Assembly: GCA_963793865.1 (NCBI GenBank)
Contig: CAWCBP010000012.1
Location: 32,001-96,000 of the forward strand
Origin: an uncultured delta proteobacterium
Lineage (GTDB): Bacteria; Desulfobacterota; WTBG01
Direction: 5' to 3'
DNA length: 64,000 bases
Shown: positions 46,429-55,707 of the stretch, in pieces
Position numbering within the stretch: the first letter of the stretch is position 1
Layout: each line of letters opens with the position of its first letter
Notes under the pieces: model-generated
What the model was told of the DNA's origin: nothing
The model's input: only the letters and a program-made list of their open reading frames with translations
The model's database searches: none
Made by a program: the position numbers and the translations under genes

Positions 46429-46716
46429 TCATGGCTGAACCTCTTCTGCTACCATTTTGCTACCGGTTGCTTCATTTTTGCTACTAAAAAGGGTAGCTCT
46501 GAGCTTCACGGCCTCCTCATTATTAACTGGCTTCATGAGGTGACCATAGATGTCCATGGTAACCTGGATCGAACTGTGACCGAGTTGACTCTGGATGTAT
46601 TTGATGTTCTGTCCTGCCTCTATCCGTAAGCTGGCGTTGGTGTGTCTGAGCAAGTGGAATCGATACCGGGGTAGGCCAGCCCTTCTTAAGGTGGGATACC
46701 AGATACGCTTTATCAT
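46429..46716 (-). pseudogene. Tyrosine integrase, C-terminal fragment only
   Basis: RFHLLRHT, QSQLGHSSIQVTMDIYGH catalytic motifs; N-terminal part missing. Confidence 0.85.
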
Positions 46717-47077
46717 GTTGGTTGCATCATTAACTCATATTCCTTGGTTAATTCTAAAGCTGGCTGTTCTTCTTTCTTGCCATGCTCCACCTCTACCGTG
46801 GTCTACTTTTAAATGGTCGGGGCCAGGCTCGCAATAAAGTTACCAGTTTTCGGTGGCCTCCCTAGACCCCGATCATATGTCAGATGTATTTATATCATAG
46901 GAGAGTTACTGGGTAAAGATGTGCTTAAATCAATATGCCTTGATTCCATCGTATTTTTGCCATAGGATATCTGCGAAAGGTGGACAAGATGTATACAGCT
47001 AATCCGGAACATTGCTCAATAGCTGAATCACAGACAATAAGCGCAAAAGCATCCATGTTTACTGCGCAACATCTGCC

Positions 47078-47587
47078 GTGGACGAAGGCGCATTATATTC
47101 TCCTCGCCTTGATTATTTTACTCACAGGCGCGGCACAGATATATTTGTTAGCGTAAGCGGGGGGCGTAGTAATATAGCGAGCGCTATCGGCGCCAGCGTG
47201 AGCGGGGGATCATCTAATACGGCGAGCGGTTCGTCTGCCAGCGTGAGCGGAGGGCAAAATAATACAGCAAGCGGCAACGGTTCCTTTGTTGGAGGTGGTG
47301 GTAGTGACACAGCAGCAGATGGGAATACGGCATTTGCCAACTATTCAGCAGTGCTTGGAGGGATTCATAACTTAGCTGGAGATAGTAACCTCACAGACCA
47401 CACTATTGGGAGTTGGTCCAGCGTAAGTGGGGGAGCTAAAAATACAGCATGCAGTTTAAATGCAAGCGTAAGTGGGGGAGAGAATAATACAGCAAGCAAT
47501 GTAAGTACCAGCGTGAGCGGGGGACTCAACCGCAGTGCAACAGGCGTTGATGATTGGGTAGCTGGCAGTTATTTTCAGGACAACTAA
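47078..47587 (+). CDS. Beta-helix repeat protein fragment (SVSGGxxNTASG repeats; adhesin or tail-fibre like)
   Basis: About 8 repeats of S(V/T)SGG-x2-N-x-A; start uncertain, probably 5'-truncated. Confidence 0.65.
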   Translation: MDEGALYSPRLDYFTHRRGTDIFVSVSGGRSNIASAIGASVSGGSSNTASGSSASVSGGQNNTASGNGSFVGGGGSDTAADGNTAFANYSAVLGGIHNLAGDSNLTDHTIGSWSSVSGGAKNTACSLNASVSGGENNTASNVSTSVSGGLNRSATGVDDWVAGSYFQDN

Positions 47588-47658
47588 TCACTATGCATGG
47601 CCCGTCCGTGGAGGACATTGATTGATGATTTGGTGATTTGAGTTATGTGGTGTAACCA

Positions 47659-47810
47659 AGGCAGGGGTCAAAACGGCTCCTGCCTTTACCATTCCCCTCT
47701 CTCAGACAGATCCTCCTGATCCCCATCTACCATCTCGGCATTCTGAGCATTAGTATCCTTTCTTTCAATAATGAACACCTGCTCCTGATATATGTGCTCT
47801 GGGAGTTTGT
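47659..47810 (-). repeat. Diverged direct repeat A (gene tail plus identical 30-bp hairpin)
   Basis: aggcaggggtcaaaacggctcctgccttta is identical at 49655-49684; the flanks translate to homologous peptides. Confidence 0.8.
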
Positions 47811-48176
47811 CCCATACCTGATCCAATAGCAGATTGAGTATCCTCAAGCTGTTTCTGCCTTCTTCATGATGAAGATACAAAATTCATGAGCTCTCTTGCA
47901 AAATTTTTTAGTCAATAAATAGCTAATTTATAAGATGTTTTATAAAAAAGTGTTTAAATCATGATTAATTGCACTTGACTATGTGTTTAGTCATTTGGTA
48001 TACTATACATAATTGATAAATTATATTAATGGTTTCTATATGATATACTTTATAATTATAATAAAAGAATTAAAGCTTCCATTTTTAAGTAAGGGGTTTG
48101 GCTCAATAGGTTACATACCAACGGTCAAACCCTTTTATTTCTAGTGTATCAATATGCATCTAATAAGGAGACATGT

Positions 48177-49010
48177 ATGAAAAAAAATCGGTATGGAATG
48201 CTTGGTATCACCTTTCTTTGCATATTATTATCATTTACAAGTACCCTCCTTGCTTTTGAATGCGTAGCACCCGTTGGCCAGAACTGTCTTCAATGTCATG
48301 TCCGCACTGATATCCACAATTTCCATTGGAATGAAATTGGTCTTACAGATCCCGCTGAATGTTCGCTATGCCACTCCGGGGATCCGCTAACATCTGCCTG
48401 TGAGGATCTGCCTCATGGTTACGCTCCGGTTGAAACTTCGGGCTGCGCCAATTGTCATTCTCAATGTTACGAGGTACAGAACCATATCCCAAGATCAGGC
48501 AATTGCACAACCTGTCATGCACAGACAAATATAGGGTTGGATGATGATTGTGACGGTATCTGCAATCCCGGTATAGTAGATGTTTCCTGCACGGGTTCAG
48601 ATAACTGTTCTTCGAATCCCAATGGCCCACTCCTTGGTACCTGTACAAAAGGAGTGGTGGGAAGAACGTGCGTAAGCAACGACCAGTGCGGAACAGGTGG
48701 TTTCTGCAGTACCAACCAAGATGACACCTATCCGCTGGGGGGGAACAATTGCGGTAATGTCTGTGAATGTGAGGGGAACTTCAGTATTGACGTGGATGTG
48801 GACGGCGGTGATGCAGCAACCTTTAAGGCTAACTTCGGCAGAGGTGGACTCAATAGACCCTGTACCAACGGTGATCTCTGCAACGGCGATTTTACCTGTG
48901 ATGGGAATGTGAGCGGATCTGATGCGGCACTTTTTAAATCTGATTTCGGTAGAAATGCAATAAACAACCCCTGTTCCTCCTGCGCAACAGATCCGTGGTG
49001 TGTGTATTAG
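48177..49010 (+). CDS. Secreted tetraheme c-type cytochrome with Cys-rich Ca-binding / dockerin-like C-terminus
   Basis: Signal peptide; CLQCH, CSLCH, CANCH, CTTCH; twice G(N/D)F..D.(D/N)V.G.DAA.FK..FGR. Confidence 0.85.
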   Translation: MKKNRYGMLGITFLCILLSFTSTLLAFECVAPVGQNCLQCHVRTDIHNFHWNEIGLTDPAECSLCHSGDPLTSACEDLPHGYAPVETSGCANCHSQCYEVQNHIPRSGNCTTCHAQTNIGLDDDCDGICNPGIVDVSCTGSDNCSSNPNGPLLGTCTKGVVGRTCVSNDQCGTGGFCSTNQDDTYPLGGNNCGNVCECEGNFSIDVDVDGGDAATFKANFGRGGLNRPCTNGDLCNGDFTCDGNVSGSDAALFKSDFGRNAINNPCSSCATDPWCVY

Positions 49011-49133
49011 GTTAGCAAATAAAGCTTAGAGTAGTATCAGAGAAGATTATTATTCATGTTCCAAGATAATATGGAGGAAAGCGATTCAATATAAAACTGT
49101 CTTTGTAAAGAAAAATTTAAAAGGAGGAAGTCT

Positions 49134-49646
49134 ATTTTAGATCATTCCCTGGAAATAATTAAAGCTTCTGAACAGGATATTAATGCGATCCATACTCTGA
49201 ATCAGCTTCTGAAAGTGGAGGCATCCGAATTTAGGGGCAATATTTATGATTTTGTAGAGCAAGAAGTGGCTAATGGAAATTATTTCGTTGTTAAAGACAG
49301 CGGGAAGGTTGTAGCAGCCGCTTGCATCTCACCAAGAGATGAAGGTGTGTATCTTGAAACCATTGCCATATCCGAAGCATATCAAAGAAAAAGCATTGGC
49401 TCAAAGCTGATCGAATATGCAAAAAAGATCACAAAAGATCATGGATTTGATAAACTTCTTTTAGATACGTATCGTCAGTACAGTGCGGACGCTTTTTACA
49501 CTAAGTGCGGTTTTAAGAAGATACCTACGTGGGCAGAATACAAAGGGAAGCCTTATCATAAGTTCTTAATTGAATTGCCGTTTACTACTGATGCTAAATA
49601 TTCTACTAGCCATGCCAGTGGCATCGACTTAAGTCACTTTGGTTGA
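49134..49646 (+). CDS. GNAT-family N-acetyltransferase (start uncertain: ATT 49134 or GTG 49215)
   Basis: YLETIAISEAYQRKSIGSKLI, FYTKCGF. Confidence 0.8.
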   Translation: MLDHSLEIIKASEQDINAIHTLNQLLKVEASEFRGNIYDFVEQEVANGNYFVVKDSGKVVAAACISPRDEGVYLETIAISEAYQRKSIGSKLIEYAKKITKDHGFDKLLLDTYRQYSADAFYTKCGFKKIPTWAEYKGKPYHKFLIELPFTTDAKYSTSHASGIDLSHFG

Positions 49647-49654
49647 GTGCCATG

Positions 49655-49807
49655 AGGCAGGGGTCAAAACGGCTCCTGCCTTTATTCTTCCTCTCCTTTC
49701 GGTAGATACTTCTGCTCCCCATCTATCACCGCTGCATCCTGAGCGTCAGTAGTCTTCCTTTCCATAAAGAACACCCCCCCCTGCTGGATTTGCTCTGGGG
49801 GTTTGCC
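49655..49807 (-). repeat. Diverged direct repeat B
   Basis: Homologue of 47659-47810. Confidence 0.8.
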
Positions 49808-50194
49808 TGAGTAGACTTTCTGAAACTTACAGTACAACTCTTGACTAAAGCATATTAAAGGGTTAGAATCTATATGTCTGCGATGCTCGTTAACAAGTGG
49901 ACTTGGCAAAATCTAACAGACCAGTGAAAAATGCCCTTTGGTTACGGCAACCCTTTGTAGGGTAACTAGTTGAATTAAAGATTTGAGCCAATGAACTAAA
50001 CGGCAAATGCGGACGATATTTGAAACCCCTCATTGGTTGTTCCTTTGAGGGGTTTCTATTTCTATCATCTGCTACCATTTTGCTACCATAACAAGCCAAA
50101 ACAAGCTGTAACCAGGTGGAAGAAGAAATTGAAAAACACTTATTTTCTTTGCTCTTGGTGTATCCTGGTATCTCTTGATAGGGCAACAGAACCA

Positions 50195-50240
50195 ACTTCT
50201 AATCCGTAGGTCGGGCCTTCGAATCGCCCTAGGCGTACCA
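50195..50240 (+). repeat. att site: duplicated 3' half of tRNA-Arg
   Basis: acttctaatccgtaggtcgggccttcgaatcgccctaggcgtacca versus tRNA 46343-46389. Confidence 0.9.
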
Positions 50241-50371
50241 GAGAAATCACGCGCCTTGCCTTTTGGCAGGGTGCCTTTTTTTATGCTTTGCCTGGTTCTG
50301 CCGCGCGAAACAACACATCACCGCAATATAAATATATTTATTCATTTATGTTATACAAAATTGCCTCGTGT

Positions 50372-50441
50372 AAAATCAGGGTTTGCGAATACAAAAATCA
50401 GGGTTTTGCCTATTGCGCGTTATTTGATTTTATGTTTCAAT
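50372..50441 (+). promoter_or_regulatory. Tandem operator AAAATCAGGGTTT x2 (22-bp period) abutting a TTGCGC-17-TTCAAT promoter
   Basis: Same repeats, spacing and junction TTTTGCCTATTG recur at 60362-60431 on the minus strand. Confidence 0.65.
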
Positions 50442-50447
50442 GCAGCT

Positions 50448-50523
50448 GTGGAATGCAAAAGCATTTCATTCTTAACACCTCCTGTTGAGGGGAATGGCGG
50501 GAAACATCATTCCCCTCTTTTTC
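50448..50523 (+). ncRNA. Candidate sRNA A1 (hairpin, anti-SD seed, terminator)
   Basis: GGAATGC-AAAA-GCATTTC hairpin, single-stranded TTCTTAACACCTCCT, terminator gaggggaatg..cattcccctc plus T-run. Confidence 0.55.
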
Positions 50524-50564
50524 TGACCGGCTGAAACCTTTTTCAGACTCTTACGTTTAAACAA

Positions 50565-50645
50565 TCAAAGCAAAAAATTGCTTTTCATTCTTCACCCCTC
50601 CAAGATAGAAAGAGGAAAGATGTCTGAGCATCGTTCCTCTTTTTA
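50565..50645 (+). ncRNA. Candidate sRNA A2
   Basis: Promoter TGAAAC-N16-CGTTTA (50532-50559); hairpin, TTCATTCTTCACCCCTCC seed (homologous to A1), terminator agaggaa..ttcctct plus T-run. Confidence 0.55.
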
Positions 50646-50785
50646 TTCTTTCATAAAAGGCTTGTACCGCAGGGTGGTTAATCACCCTTTAAGCTGCAGA
50701 GAAGATTCCCAAAAGAACAGTTGATATTTTTATGTGCGCGGCTGAAAAAAGTTAAAACTATTTTGAGAAAGATTCGTTTACCAGT

Positions 50786-50870
50786 TTAAACAAGCAACAT
50801 AACGTAAGAAGCGAAGAGTCGATGACCATTTTGCCCCCCTCCTTTTTGGTTATCGTTCTTCGCTTTTTTT
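50786..50870 (+). ncRNA. Candidate sRNA A3
   Basis: Promoter TAAAAC-N16-CGTTTA (50753-50780); long stem with loop TTTTGCCCCCCTCCTTT, then a T-run. Confidence 0.55.
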
Positions 50871-50911
50871 AATTTCCTTTCAGCATGTCTATACGGCACG
50901 AATAAAAAATG

Positions 50912-51556
50912 CTATTTGATGATTTTTTCTTTGCCCGATCCGTTGCTATCAAGATTTAACAGCTCATACAGTTCCTTTTCGCGTTCCCCGGCATTTGTCT
51001 GCTTTAACAGATCATACGATTTTTTTGCCCATTCTTTATTTTTACTCTTATGAAAAAGCAGCCCTGCCTTGTATAAATAATCAGCCGCCTGATCATGAGC
51101 GCCCCTGGTTAAATAAGATTTTCCAAGATTAAACAGCGCCGGTGCCAGATTGGGGTCGGCAGAGACAGCCTTCTCATATTCGGAATGGGCTTTTTCTGCC
51201 ATTCCTTTTTTCTCATAGGTGATTCCCAGGTTATTGTGTGCCTGCGCATGACGAGGGTTAACGGCAAGAACCTGTTCATATGCGGCAATTGAATCATCGA
51301 GCATGCCTTTCTTGCCGAAGGCTACTCCAAGATTATACTTTATATCAATAGATTCAGGGTCCAGGGCGAGAGCCTGCTTGTAAAATGTGATTGCCTCATC
51401 ATAGCGCTTAGCGCCGAAAGACTGATTCCCCCTAATAATCATCTGATTTGCCTCGTCTTTTTTCCCAATGGCCGGTTTTTTATCCGACACCTCAGCCTGT
51501 CCGACGCCGCCCAGCAAAATTAATGCTGCCAAACAAAAGAAAACGCTTTTTTTCAT
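50912..51556 (-). CDS. Exported TPR-repeat protein
   Basis: Signal peptide; YNLG/NNLG/FNLG TPR repeats. Confidence 0.88.
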   Translation of the reverse strand: MKKSVFFCLAALILLGGVGQAEVSDKKPAIGKKDEANQMIIRGNQSFGAKRYDEAITFYKQALALDPESIDIKYNLGVAFGKKGMLDDSIAAYEQVLAVNPRHAQAHNNLGITYEKKGMAEKAHSEYEKAVSADPNLAPALFNLGKSYLTRGAHDQAADYLYKAGLLFHKSKNKEWAKKSYDLLKQTNAGEREKELYELLNLDSNGSGKEKIIK

Positions 51557-51631
51557 AAGAAGCCTCCTCACCGATTTTTTTTGCAAAGCTGGTGATCAAA
51601 TATGCACGTGTCGCCTGCAATGATTTTCCTT

Positions 51632-53581
51632 TTACGTTACTTTTTCTTTCAGTGGTTGAATTAATTCCCGCAGTCCAAGCCCCATGAGCTTTTCCCTGGT
51701 AAAAAACCCCGTTGCCTCATCCCAGCCGCGAAGGCGGTAGTATTCCCGGAGCATCTGTTCAAAATCATTCCTGGCAAGGGCCTTCCCCTTTCTGGAAATT
51801 ATCGCGTCTCCTTTACCGGGCAGATAGAGATCAGGATTAAACATGCCAAACACATCAAATACCGGTTCGTCCCGTTCTGTAAACTGGCTTTCGGGGAGAT
51901 AGTCATCCGCTTTGCCCAGCCTCCCCTCCCGCAGATGGATGGCACGAATAAGATTAAATATTCTCTCTCCGGCGGCGTTGAGCTCTTCCTCGCTGACTTC
52001 GCTGCCGGTTACGGCCGAAAAGAGGCGGCTTTCCAGCGTCGCGTCGCCCACATGCTCTTCGTCACGCGCGTCATCCATGACCGGAAATGCAAAATCACAG
52101 AGAATGAGGGCGTCCTTGACGTGCTGGCGATTCTGTATCTTAACCGCAGCGAGGGCTTTTCCGGCAGTGCCTGAGAAATCAGCCGCTTCCTCGGTTCCCC
52201 AGAACCGCTTTGCTATTTTTCTTAAAACATCGGTAGAGAGATAGGAAAAAGCTCCCTGGGTGGTATACCATAACGCCCACTTGGTAAGCGGTTCGCAAAT
52301 TTCGTGCAGCTCGGCGACTGAAGGCCGCGGTTCCGTGGCATAGATAAGTGCCGACGGCAAGAACACCTTCGGCCCGTAGGCGAGACCCCGCCCCGTTTGC
52401 GTGAAGTGGTCAAGCGCCAATGCCTTGGCGTCACTGCCCAGCATGTCTGCCGCCCTCATCACCCCTTCAGCCAGCACCCCTCCGAATCCCTCACGCTTTG
52501 CTATTTTTTCAATGAAGAGCCGGATAAATTCGATGCTGCCCGCCCTGCTCATGGGAAGCTCTGCTTCCTTCTCAGAAATGATGCCGTTTTCAATACATTG
52601 CTCCAGCCAGAGCAAAACGCCGGGAAGTTCCATGGTGCACAGAGAATATTCATTGGCAAACGAGGTGGCAAGGAAGGTTGCCGTGGAGAGGTCGCCGTGT
52701 AATCGTTTATCCCATAGGGTGTAAAAAAAACTTGATTGACACTTGCGAACCCCCTCTTCGCCCGAAGTAGCCCTGTAAAGTGACCGCCAGCATCCCTGGG
52801 GACATCCGTGGCATTGAATTTTCTTTACCACCTCGGCCCCGGCAATCGGCGCGGGGGAACCGTACAGATTGAAATAGCCTTCCCCGGTCATTGCTTTTAT
52901 TTCCTGCCTGATCCTCCTGATGCTGTCGGGATGGGCTACAGGAATGACGCCTGACCCCCTGACCGCTATTGCCTTTACATTTTTTGAACCCATCACCGCG
53001 CCGAATCCCACAGAGCCGCTGCCGCCCGCGTCAGTTGCGAGGGTTGCAAAACGCACACTGTTTTCCCCGCCGACACCTGTGGTAACAAACCCGATCTTCT
53101 TTCCCGCTTCGCTTTGGATGGCCCGCGCGGTTTCAGAAACCGGCAAACCCTTCAGATGTTTGGCATCTTTAAATTCAAGCCTGCCGTCAGTGATAAGCAG
53201 ATAGGTTTTATCGCTTGCTTTTCCTTTTATAACCAACCCGTCGTAACCCGCCTTTTTCAGCTGGGCGCCAAAACTTCCTCCGAGATTGGCACTGGCGAAG
53301 CACTCCGGGTACAGTGAGGGGGATTTCCCACAGGCCAGCCAGCGAGAGCCGCTGGGTGCAGGCGTGGCGGCAAGGGGTCCGGTCATCAGTATAAGCGCGC
53401 TGTCCTCATGAAAAGCATCCCTTCCTTCGACAAGATCATCCCAGTAAAGCTTTCCCCCCATTCCCTTACCCCCGATAAATCTGTCTCTATAATCGGCGGT
53501 TTCTCTTACAGAGCATGTCCTCCCGGTCAAATCGACCGTCAATAGTTTCCCCGTCCATCCGCAGAGCTTATTCGTGTCCAC
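51632..53581 (-). CDS. Aldehyde:ferredoxin oxidoreductase (W/Mo-pterin AOR family)
   Basis: FIGGKG, TGPL, LKKAGYDG, GAVMGSKNVKAI, CHGCPQGC, EYYRLRGWD. Confidence 0.92.
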   Translation of the reverse strand: MDTNKLCGWTGKLLTVDLTGRTCSVRETADYRDRFIGGKGMGGKLYWDDLVEGRDAFHEDSALILMTGPLAATPAPSGSRWLACGKSPSLYPECFASANLGGSFGAQLKKAGYDGLVIKGKASDKTYLLITDGRLEFKDAKHLKGLPVSETARAIQSEAGKKIGFVTTGVGGENSVRFATLATDAGGSGSVGFGAVMGSKNVKAIAVRGSGVIPVAHPDSIRRIRQEIKAMTGEGYFNLYGSPAPIAGAEVVKKIQCHGCPQGCWRSLYRATSGEEGVRKCQSSFFYTLWDKRLHGDLSTATFLATSFANEYSLCTMELPGVLLWLEQCIENGIISEKEAELPMSRAGSIEFIRLFIEKIAKREGFGGVLAEGVMRAADMLGSDAKALALDHFTQTGRGLAYGPKVFLPSALIYATEPRPSVAELHEICEPLTKWALWYTTQGAFSYLSTDVLRKIAKRFWGTEEAADFSGTAGKALAAVKIQNRQHVKDALILCDFAFPVMDDARDEEHVGDATLESRLFSAVTGSEVSEEELNAAGERIFNLIRAIHLREGRLGKADDYLPESQFTERDEPVFDVFGMFNPDLYLPGKGDAIISRKGKALARNDFEQMLREYYRLRGWDEATGFFTREKLMGLGLRELIQPLKEKVT

Positions 53582-53886
53582 TGTGCCCGGACGCTCCTTT
53601 ACAACTTTGCTGCCTTATTTTGAGATGATATGTCATATGCCTTCTCGGTGCCCATATCCCTTTGGTGAGCACACTGAGGCCTTTTTCCTGATGAGCATCA
53701 CATTTCAGCAGGCTTCAATGAAAAGCTCCATAGCCGGTATCTATTATATTTATGAGCAATCGTCAAGGCGATAAGCAACTGCTTGTTTCGCTTTATTTTT
53801 TGCTGAAAATAGGTTATTAATAGAGCACGCGTACGGATGTGCTGATCATCCGCAGCGGGTTGCTCTCTCACCGGAGGTATTATGCC

Positions 53887-54717
53887 ATGATACGCACCGG
53901 AAAACATTCTTTATATGCCCCTTCAGTTTTAGCTCTCTGCCTTCTCCTGGTAATCGCCGCCTGCGCGTCCCGTCCGGCAAAACCGGATGGGGAACAGGAA
54001 CTGCCGTACTTATCCGAGAAAGATGAGATTAAATTCGGCAACTACGTCGATGCTGTCGTGCGGTCGCAATATCCAATCATAAAGGATGAGCACTTAACCC
54101 GGCAGGTTGCGGCCATTGGCAATGAACTGGTGAGCGTCTGCGCCCGGCCCAAACTGTCCTATACCTTTAAAGTGCTCAACAGCAGCGAAGTGAACGCCTT
54201 TGCCGGCCCCGGCGGCTTTGTCTATATCACCGTCGGCCTGCTCGACAAGCTGGAAAGCAGGGACGAGCTTGCCGCGGTGCTGGCTCACGAAATAGGGCAC
54301 GTGTGCGAAAGGCACTCGGTGCGCTCATACTATAACGCACAAAAAATACAGAATGTTCTGACATTGATTGATGTCGCGGCAGTGGTGGCGGGGGTCCCGC
54401 CGGTAGCCTCAATGGGGGGTGACATGGTCGGTGATTTCAGCCGAATTGTCGCAAACCTCACAGCCACGATTATTGCCCAGGGGTACAGCAGGAGCTGGGA
54501 GAGCAGGGCTGATGAGCTGGCCTTTAACTACACCTCCCGGGCAGATTATGACCCGCATGCTTTTGTAACCGTCCTGGAGCGCTTTCGCACCATGGAAAAG
54601 GAGAAGGGAGAAGAAGTCAAGATTACACTATTATCATCCCACCCCAAAACAGAGGCCCGTATTGAACACATCAAATACCTGCTTGGCGAGGAAGCGAAGG
54701 ATGAAAGCAGTAATTAG
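53887..54717 (+). CDS. M48-family Zn metalloprotease, lipoprotein
   Basis: Lipobox IAAC, VNAFAGPGG, LAHEIGH, YSRSWESRAD, SSHP..RI. Confidence 0.9.
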   Translation: MIRTGKHSLYAPSVLALCLLLVIAACASRPAKPDGEQELPYLSEKDEIKFGNYVDAVVRSQYPIIKDEHLTRQVAAIGNELVSVCARPKLSYTFKVLNSSEVNAFAGPGGFVYITVGLLDKLESRDELAAVLAHEIGHVCERHSVRSYYNAQKIQNVLTLIDVAAVVAGVPPVASMGGDMVGDFSRIVANLTATIIAQGYSRSWESRADELAFNYTSRADYDPHAFVTVLERFRTMEKEKGEEVKITLLSSHPKTEARIEHIKYLLGEEAKDESSN

Positions 54718-55207
54718 TTTCCCTTTAAGAAGCGTTGCTGCCATGCTCTGCTGCGCGGGGATCATGTTATCTCTTTCCGGTTGCACCTCCCCGCCGCCCA
54801 TGCTCCAGGAACCGGTTAAGAGATATTTTGAAGCAGATGCATCTCTTGACACGGCATGGAAGGCTGCCGTGCAAGCGCTGGTGGAAAAGGGTGTTATCAT
54901 ATCAATCATGGACAAGGAGAATAGCCTTATCGTGGTTGAGGAGATGCTTGATGGCGGGGCTTTCCAGCGCACAACGGCGGAGAAGGCTTATTTTTACAGC
55001 GGCCTGGCGCGCGTTTCACTCCTTTTCAGCGATAAAGGGGAAAAGGGAACAGGAATCAACATCAACTCGGTGCTTCAGGGATTTACCGGAAGATATAATC
55101 TTTATGTTACCTCCAATGGATCACTTGAAAAGGACTATTTTCTTTTAATTCAAAACAATCTTCCCATCAAAAAAACCTATAAATGGCTGGAAGATCCGGA
55201 ACCGTAG
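54701..55207 (+). CDS. Putative lipoprotein (BamC-like helix-grip domain)
   Basis: LSGC lipobox; LDTAWKAAVQAL..I...DKE; overlaps the M48 stop. Confidence 0.65.
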   Translation: MKAVISFPLRSVAAMLCCAGIMLSLSGCTSPPPMLQEPVKRYFEADASLDTAWKAAVQALVEKGVIISIMDKENSLIVVEEMLDGGAFQRTTAEKAYFYSGLARVSLLFSDKGEKGTGININSVLQGFTGRYNLYVTSNGSLEKDYFLLIQNNLPIKKTYKWLEDPEP

Positions 55208-55628
55208 GCCGGAGCGGCAGATAAGGAGGCTGCACCGTAAACAAGTGACATAAAGCATATCTTTGGCTCTTCTCCCTGCCGGTGAAAAAAGTACCATATG
55301 AATAATATCCCCACCCCATTTACGTCCCGCATTGATTAGTTCTGTCTAATTAATTCCCATCACCTCCAGCCTTAAAAAATTAATCACATCACTCATCATC
55401 TGAACATACAACAAATGTGAAGCATAATTAAGTTGAGCAGGTGGACCGGCATCGGCTTTTCGACGACTTCGGCCACTTGGCATATTAGTTGCTCATTATG
55501 TGTGCGTCTTTGACATTTAGTAATTGACCTCACACTTCCCGATGAAATGATTTTTATATAACTAGCTGAATTATATTGAGATAAAAAATGCCCAGCCGTA
55601 AATTCGAACCTCATAATCCCGACAGCAT

Positions 55629-55642
55629 GTCAAAATATTGAC
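55629..55642. promoter_or_regulatory. FleQ-type enhancer box GTCAAAATATTGAC
   Basis: GTCA-N6-TGAC upstream of flhG-fliA, followed by a half-site GTCAAAAT and a degenerate sigma54-like TGGAAC. Confidence 0.5.
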
Positions 55643-55707
55643 GAAATGCCCGTCAAAATTCTTTTCTTGGAACGGTGCTTTTACAGGACACAGCGAAAGG
55701 AAAGATT

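Noticed and set aside
47659..49684. Integron attC sites
   Set aside because: The hairpins lack recognisable RYYYAAC/GTTRRRY ends, and the integrase fragment is too short to assign as IntI; kept only as an unexplained repeat.
50195..50240. Second tRNA-Arg gene
   Set aside because: Only the 3' half is present and the T-loop is altered; it is the att duplication.
50175..50534. ORFs 50175-50534 and 50288-50488
   Set aside because: They span the att site, operator and terminator; no RBS or protein-like features.
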